A stretch of DNA of 59,258 bases, filler included, from Sluysia triapertura (Eukaryota), in NCBI GenBank assembly GCA_046118255.1. It is 4 parts of 4 records of this genome, joined end to end, with 100 filler letters (N's around TTAATTAATTAA, not from the genome) between each part and the next. Parts side by side here need not be neighbours in the genome. Positions count along the whole stretch, not along the records: positions 45,503 to 59,258 come from JBJNIA010022181.1; 3 more parts are not named here. One strand, 5' to 3'. Shown here piece after piece: positions 51,168-59,258 of the stretch. Position 1 is the stretch's first letter; each line of letters starts with the position of its first letter. The notes below the pieces were generated by a model, which did not search any database, was not told where the DNA came from, and worked only from the letters and a program-made list of their open reading frames with translations. A program made the translations under genes and the position numbers.

Positions 51168-54100
51168 TAATAATCAAATGATATAGAGCGGTTCTTACAA
51201 AGAACATAACGATATCTTGTAAGGGAAGTATAGTGTAGAAGATTTTATAAGATTAAATAAAGTAATAATAATTATTATTATAATTATTATTATATAAATA
51301 TAATGATAAAAATAGAAAAAAATAATTAGTTAATTTCAGACAATTTAAGCCTCATTTCTTTGTAAATAGTTTAAATAATGTTACATAACGATACATAAAT
51401 AATTAAATTTATAAAAATTATTATTAGTAATTATTATTTTCGTTTAGAATTATTTTTTAACTAAACGTAGCACTAAAAATAAAAAAATTAAAAATTAAAA
51501 AATCTATATGAAACTGGAAAATATTTAAAGTAGAATAAAGCAAAAGTTTTAACGTGAGTCCACCAACGTACTGGGATTACCAGTTAAGTTCAGCCGTTGG
51601 ATTTGTAGATAAAAGTAAAAGGTAAAAAGAATTGCCTCAAAATGTAGCGTTAGTTGAAATCTTCTTTATTTGATTTTATTATTATTATTAGTTTTTCGAA
51701 TCTTTTAGAAATATAAAAGTACTAATAATAATTTAATAGATATTTTACGTGGATCCTGTGAAAAGGATCGTTTATAGATATTTTACGAAGTTAGAATTAA
51801 AATCTAACTAGGGAAATCGTTTCGTAGTATCAATTTTATATTTAAGGCTATTTAATTTAATAATAAGAACAATAATTTTACGGAAAATTGTACTGAACAG
51901 TAAGAAAAATGAAATGACTTTTACAAATAAAAATAATAATATAATTTACAAAGAAATTATTCTATGTAAGTCCTATCTCAATAATATTTTTATCAAAAGA
52001 GTTTATTATGAGATCCAAATAGTTATTAAATAATTTAAGTCTATTTTAAGTTGATATCTCTAGGATATCTAAACTTATTATAAATAAACTAACTGATTAC
52101 TTTTTAAAAAGAAATTATCGATTGATCTGGCCACTATTGAGTGCTTGAAAACATAGATTATCGTAGATGGGGACCAAATTATGCTTCAGTGATCTATACC
52201 AAATTTCTGTTTCCAAATTTTACGAAATACCAAATGATTATGAAGATTTTGTGTAAAATTGTGTTGTTTCCAATTGATATAAAATTATTGTGTCAAATTG
52301 AGATTTATTCTATCCTTATATATAAATTTTACTGACCTTGGCCAGATCATTCTTTAAAATAAAATTTTAATTTAATAAAACAAAATTGCATAAATTTAAA
52401 ATTTAAAAATTTAATAGATAATGAACATGTCAATAATATATACAAAAATAAAAAATTAATATTTACAAAAGTTCAAAATTTAACATTTACAAAATAAAAA
52501 ATAAAACATACTTTTGATAATGATGAATATTTAAAATAATTGTCCGAAATGAAATAAAAATTTCTAATAAAAAATCAATAATTATAAATATTAAAAGTTT
52601 TACATGTATATAAGTCAATAAATCAAAGATCATTATTAAAAGTCATCTATAAATCAAAGTATTAAAAGTTATCAATTAATCAAAGACCATGATTCACTTG
52701 TAAATTAAAAACGAACCTATTCTTTTCCAATTAATGAACACCAAATCCAAATTTAATATACTCACTTTAACCAATAAAATACTGCTGCGATTTCTACTTG
52801 AACCTAGCAAATATGATTAAGTTATATGGGTTAACCTGAAATCAACGGTTTATATGCAAGAAGACGTTGTTCCATGTTTTTATCAGTTAAGTAGTTTATG
52901 CAGTTAAGTTTCCTCTAATCTTGATTCAAAATAAAATTAATATTTCAAATGAGGGTCTGTCTTTTAATAATTGAATTTTATCATTAATTATCTTTCCTAA
53001 TTGTGTTAGTTTACTATGCTTCTTTCAGTTATTTACTATTCTTAATCTTTAAATATACTTAAAGCTAAAAGATGTTATGTATATTCTTATTAACAAATGA
53101 ACACCAAAGTACTCGAAAATTTTATTAAACACAATTAAATAAAATAATGTGGTAAGCAATGATAGATATAATAATAAATTCAATATTTAAAATTTCTCTT
53201 AATTTGTTGTTTTATATTTTAAATTAGATTTTAATCCAGGAGGACATCTTGGATTTTTTAAATATTCAATATTGTGAGTAGAAGCTTAATGCTTACGATT
53301 GATTATAAATCCTCGATAAGCGTCAGTGTCCAATGGATTGTTATAGTCAATCGAATTTGTAAATTGACAGTGGAAAAACCAAATTAGATGAATTATCGAA
53401 TGATTTGACTTCACAAGAATCAACATAAAAGCTCTGTGAAGATTAACTTTTGTAAAATTATTGTGTGTAACGATTAACTTTTGTAAAATTATTGTGTGTA
53501 ACGATTAACTTGTGGTATCATTTTATATTTCATAAAATCGTAGGTTAAATAATGATAAAATAGTAATAATAAAAAGTTTATTACACATTTTTATAGCATA
53601 AATAAAATATGCTATGTTTACTTCTATTTAATTATTCTATTTATTTACAAAATAAAAGATAATTATAAATATTTACAAACTAATAATTATTGTAAATATT
53701 TATGAATTATATATTTACATTTAAAGACAAAAACAAGATATTAAATTTTTTTACAATTGTAATTAAACTTTAAAGAAAATTACATTAAATTTTTACAATT
53801 AGAACAATTTATAGAAACTGAAATTACGCACACAAGGAGTACACTAAACCAGGAAGCCCACACTTCCTCCCTTGGGATGATTGTTTTTCTTGGACATTTT
53901 TATCCACTCATAACACTAATCTTTAATCATTAAAACTCAATTTAGATTTTCTATAACGAAAGGTAAATGCTCACATAGTCTCGATTAATGATAAGTAAAA
54001 ATCTTTATCATCAAGCTCTCAACGATTATTTTAACTTATACAAAAGATGAGTTGACAAGTATAAGTTCAGATTCAATAATGATAAAGTCTATATTCTGAT

Positions 54101-55023
54101 TCATAACAGTGAAGGTCTTATAAGTTTTCCAAATAAAATTTTCGTACTTTCAATTTATTGGGTTTAATTTCAATTCATTCAAAATTCTGATATCAACTAT
54201 AGTATATTATTATGTCACTTCGGCCATACTCCCTGAAAAAATAATATCTTCTTATAAATTGTGTTTGCATGGCCTACTTTCTGTTCGTACTTGCAAGAGA
54301 TTGTATATTTTAAATTATAATCTCTATCTTTTAACATCTGAAAATATTTTCAGTACGGAAACAACATTTAATATTTAATTGATTCATACAATATCACAAT
54401 ATATGAATTTAAGCTTTGAAATAAATATAATATACGAAACATACATCAACTAAAATATCAGTCTGAATATCTATTGTCTCTAATTTTCCTCAGTAAGGAG
54501 TAAAATTTCATTCATAATTTTAAATGATTTAAATAAAAATGTATATAAGCATAAATCATATAATCAGTCAAAAATAAATTTATTTATCAACACTTTTTAA
54601 TCAGGAAATAAAATGAATAAGAACTTATCCAACTACATATTTCTTCAACTTCATTGTAAGCGATGTTTCTTCTTCGTTTGATGAATCCATATATATATAT
54701 ATATATATATATATTTAATGTCTTTAAAATGTTAAATCACAGTAATTGTTTTGAAAAATTAAATATATTTTTAAATAATTTATTTCGAATTTATAAATCT
54801 TGGTAAAAATACAATTTTGTAAGCATGCAACACACAAATTACTCTTTGTGAGTGAGACTATTTGAAAATGTATGTTTATTTTATTTGGTGACAATGTTAG
54901 CTTGTTTCCCTGCTATTATTAGCTGCATTGTAAATCAAGAATAAGTTGTGCACCTCATATATGACTGAGATTACTAATGAGAAAATATGTTTAATATAAT
55001 GTCGATTCATATAATATATTTAG

Positions 55024-55081
<58 letters not shown>

Positions 55082-56913
55082 TTCGTATTTAAATACTAAA
55101 TCGAAAACAATATAAAACTTGCATGATACAAAATAGAGTTTATATTATTATTATATTAGATATTTAACGAATAATTTGCCAGTTAGTATTAATCAAATAA
55201 TTGTTTGCCTATTGGTTAACAACTCAATATTTTATATGAATTTAATAAATCATCACGGATTTTCAGTTTTCTGTAATTGGGAAAAAATCGATGATTTTTT
55301 TTTCATGAAATAAAATTTCATTTAATCTGAGAGTTTTACACTTGTAATGCCTGGATTTTTTTCTAAACGAGACAATAATACAACGACAAGTACTGATTCT
55401 GGTATTGGAAATAGTATCATGAAATCGGATTCTGTTGATGAATTTGATAAGGGTTGGTGTCTCATTATTTTAGAAATAAATATTTTTATTATTTTCTGTT
55501 GAAAAATATACATCATTGGATTTTGAATGTATTTTATCATTTCATTAAATTTTATTTTAATTAATTACAGAATCGCAGAATAGTTTCTGTGAATTAAATA
55601 AATAATATAAATTTACTTAATAAAAATATAAATATTAATTATAAATTATAAATTTTAAATAAAAATTTGATTGATCAATAATTTTTTTGGGAGTGGTGTT
55701 CGGTTTTTGTAGCAAGTAAGTATCCATACTAAGCCAATTAAATTTTTTATAAAGGGTATTACAAGAAATTGAGCACTGCAGTTATAATTAATGATGTCAA
55801 AAGAAGCTGCTAAGAAAAAATGTCCCAAAGATCACGACTTTTCTCCCGTAATGCTTATATTATTTATTCATTTCTATCAAAGGAAGTTGCCAGTGGAAAT
55901 CCTTGTGAAAAATTGAAATAAGTCGTTCATTAATTGTGGATTAAGTGAATTATTTCATAAATATATGCACCCGGAGATATTTAAGATTATTATGACCGAG
56001 TAGAGTCTAAGAAGTGTTATGGGGATATATGAAAAACCAATGATTTTGGATTCATCTTTGAAAGATCGTTCAAATACGTTTTCTCTCCTTGAACTACAAT
56101 ATAAACATTGTAGGAACAAAATAATATCAGACAAAAACCAAAATGAAAAATAATTTGATATTAGTAACTTATCGCAACCTGATGAACCCTTCTATGTAAA
56201 CAATGAATGAATTTGTAAACAATGTTTCAAGATATTCTATAATTTTCTTGTATTCATAAATAAAATATTTTCATAAAAATATCATAAAAATATTTTCTGA
56301 TGTTTACAAGAAAAGTTATCTTTATAAACGCATGATACTAACAACCCTAAGGATACACAACAGGTTCGAAATTAGTCAATGGATTTACTTTACACATGTT
56401 ATTTAATAAATATTAATAAATCTTTAAAGTTTCAAATTAGTTTGAAACACTTTGTGAAGTTAGTAATTTTTAGTAATATTTAGTAATATTTAGTAATATT
56501 TTACAGAAATAATCAATGCTAACAAAATATTTTCAATTTTTTAAAATTTTATTTATATTTAATAATTTTATTTTACATTATTGTAAAGCCAGTATTTGTA
56601 TTGATGGTGTTGTAGTTTATGTTTATATATAATGTCTATTACTTTTAAATTGAAATAAATTTTTACGTTTTTTTGAGTTATGTTTACATTAGAATTAAAA
56701 TCATAATATCCGTTTTCAAATTTAATTAATTTGCAATCATTTTTAGCTTTAAATGAATTAAGAAAAACATTAATATTTATTGTATTTAAATTTAAAATTT
56801 TATGGATAGCTAAATTTGAAATTATTTTTTTGCACATTCCCTTGAGCAATCTGTCCACGTTTCTAAAAAATATTAAAGAATAATAAAACATGAATATAAG
56901 AGTATCAACAAGT

Positions 56914-57575
56914 TTAGAATGAAATAATATGATTACTTTTAAGTTGACATTTCTTGTCCAGAGATATCTCTCTCAATGATGAAACAAGCTGTCGAATTCG
57001 ATGATTGTGATTTGTTAAGTGTGACGTCCAAGAGAAGTTATCCGTGAGTTCAGTTGCATTGTGTGCGTGTAGACAGTTATTGCCATACTTTGCACAATGT
57101 CCGTCTAGAGTCACAGCATACATACACCAACCAGAATTGAAGTGTCGTGACTCATCATCCAGATTTGATCTTGTCCTTTGAGTTTCGTTAGTGGACGTAT
57201 CAGTTTGAACGACGTTCTCTTTTAAAAGCAATTTTTTAATGATTGGAATTTTTGGCGTTTTAAGTTTTAAAATTTTGGAAATTTTAAGTTCTTCAATTAT
57301 TTCCGGTCTTACTAATGATTTCAACAATTCAAATTGACATATATACGATCGATTATGTTGAATTCGTTTCTTTTTTCCAACATAATGAAAACATCTTGCG
57401 GGGTCTTTAATGTCCCATTCGAATCACGTCTATCAAATAAATAACACATAAAAAATAAGTCATTATTATTTAACTTAAAATTTTTATGAATAATTTCTAA
57501 TTCGTTTTTATTATCAATAATTAAACTTAAAAGAGTAGCACTTAGAGCATCATATTTTTGCAAGTCTACATAAAA
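56914..57575 (-). pseudogene. Death effector domain plus CCCH zinc-finger ORF with one frameshift near 57335-57345
   Basis: Joined frames: NELEIIHKNFKLNNNDLFFMCYLFDRRDSNGTLKTPQDVFIMLEKRNEFNIIDRI/CQFELLKSLVRPEIIEEL (DED-like), then C-x9-C-x6-C-x3-H followed by NATEL. Confidence 0.6.
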
Positions 57576-57751
57576 CTCACAAAATCGTTTTTCTTAGTTT
57601 CAAAACTATTTTTTTTCAAAACAAATATAAAGACATAAATTTACTTCAAACTTTCGCTTAAATTTATCACGTACATGTCTTCCTTTACATTTGACCAAGT
57701 ACGTTCACCACTAATATTTTCTAGATCATCGGCATTTCTTCAACACGTGAA

Positions 57752-58150
57752 TCAGATTGTTCCAGAATTCTTTCTAAAATGTGGTAAAATACTTAAATAA
57801 TCTTCTTGGATTCGAACAAAACGAATATTATTTTCTAAATCTTTAGTACCACCAATTTGATCATACATAAAATCATCTTCATCTATAACTAATGAGTTAA
57901 TAGTTAAATCATTTCTTAAGACATTTATTTTCCTATCTTTTGTAAATTGACCTTGTGCTCTGTGGCCATCAGTTATAGCATCTAATCGTAGAGTAGTTAT
58001 TTCAACATTTACTTTATCATTGCTTCCAACATTTGTTGATTCTGTGAGGGCTTTTAATCTAAGCTCAATGTCTTCATTATTATTAATTGCCATTTGACGA
58101 TCTACATTTAATCTACGGAATATTTTCGTATCTTTTAAAATCAATTGCAA
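57752..58150 (-). pseudogene. Intronless ORF of unknown function directly upstream of the DED ORF
   Basis: 132 open codons in AT-rich DNA; continues downstream with stops and frameshifts. Confidence 0.45.
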
Positions 58151-58399
58151 TATCGTTAAAGCAAATTTTATTTTTTATGAAACACCAAAAAATGATTACA
58201 CACTACTGGTTAAGTGATAACAGTAATCTTTAAAGTAAGTTTTATTATTAATATAAAATCAATAAATTGTATATGTGTCCTGTCTGATTAATAAAATTAA
58301 CTTGTACATAAATTTTGATGATAAATCTTTTTTGTATACCGTGATTGGATACCCAATCAAAAGAAGAAAAACAAACATTAATAATCATGATTGGGCAGA

Positions 58400-59148
58400 T
58401 GGATAGAGAGTGCATGTAATGAACTGTCATCAGTCGACAGTTAGTAAAGTAACATCAATTGATTAAATTTCTGTCGACTGATGGCAGATTAACTAATGTA
58501 AATTTTAGTGTGTGTTGAATTTAGGACCATTATAAGTAGTGACAATAAGCTGTAATTATGAATTAATGATGTCACCACTGGTAGTGGTAGTTACAAAGTT
58601 AGTAAATTGATAAAATCTTTAATGAAATAATGTAGAATAAAAATGATGATAGTAATAATAATAACACAAATCCTTTAAACTTAACATGATCTTCCTAATC
58701 TTTAGCTTTTTTTCTCAACATATTTGAATTGTCTTTATTTACTGAAATGCTAGTTCTTAAAATATTTGAAGTTCTTTTTTGATTACTAAGTTTAAAATTA
58801 ATTTTATAACGTGACTTTAATATTTTTCGATGATCTACAAGATTGAGTGTTGAAAATTATGAGCTTGAAATGTTTTGAATTAGTTTTAAATGCGTATTTG
58901 ATAGTTTAAGATATAAATTGTAGTTCTAATGTTGCGAGATTATAAGTTAAAATGTTCTAAATGAAATTTAAATGTGCATTAATTATTTTGGACATAAGTA
59001 TGGTTTTGATGTAAGATTGTGAATTTAAAATGTTTTGAAATGTAAAAAGGTTTTAATAGATCTGAGAAAGTAAAATGTAAGATGTAAAAAATGTGATATT
59101 TTGTATGAATTAATAGTTTAAATTCCAAGTGAAACGTTGGCCACCACA
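58400..59148 (-). mobile_element. Terminal region of the TGT...ACA element family (LTR-like) with two long hairpins
   Basis: Minus strand starts TGTGGTGGCCAAC, then a C/A-rich tract; hairpins at 58526-58588 and 58424-58487. Confidence 0.55.
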
Positions 59149-59258
59149 GATGGCATTTTATTAATATTATGAAACTAGTTTTAAAACAGTTATTTATTAC
59201 TTATTTAAATAAAATCGAATAAAAATTTTATTTGATAAATTTTAGTCTAGGTTATAAT

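Noticed and set aside
53441-53510. 31-bp tandem duplication
   Set aside because: An ordinary local slippage duplication with no further structure.
53845-53912. Bcl-2 BH2-like EWIK...GGSVGFLV
   Set aside because: The conserved Trp is missing, the spacing is wrong and no BH1 motif is seen.
55340-55390. 2A-like peptide (LEKNPGI)
   Set aside because: It lacks the D(V/I)ExNPGP consensus.
58424-58487. Hammerhead ribozyme (CTGATGA present; also checked near 6628, 22556 and 43571)
   Set aside because: No stem II followed by GAAA; the CTGATGA is paired within a hairpin arm.

Overview
Very AT-rich, intron-containing animal DNA, most plausibly a flatworm (an inference from protein style, GTTAGT donors and abundant (AAT)n). 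It is not prokaryotic. Three 100-nt spacers (N44-TTAATTAATTAA-N44) split the window into four separately assembled pieces, so gene neighbourhood across them means nothing. Piece 1 (1-20243): nine phase-consistent Drosha exons (Platform/PAZ-like region to RIIIDb; the dsRBD exons were not found) and an unidentified minus-strand coiled-coil gene. Piece 2 (20344-33734): an apparently disrupted HEATR6-like locus plus Gypsy RT, LINE RT and Tc1/mariner remnants. Piece 3 (33835-45402): three methylmalonyl-CoA mutase exons with a plant-type DD39D mariner in an intron, an antisense unknown gene, and pogo/Tigger remnants. Piece 4 (45503-59258): two protocadherin exons, Tc1/mariner copies, and a decayed region next to a TGT...ACA-type element end that carries a death-effector-domain plus CCCH zinc-finger ORF. 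Best leads: (i) that DED-CCCH cargo and its element family with conserved hairpins; (ii) a ~170-bp TG...CA-bounded repeat with an internal, nearly intact tRNA cloverleaf; (iii) an exactly tandem-duplicated intron; (iv) a perfect four-unit heat-shock element; (v) the DD39D mariner. All homology calls come from manual translation and recalled family motifs; no searches were run.
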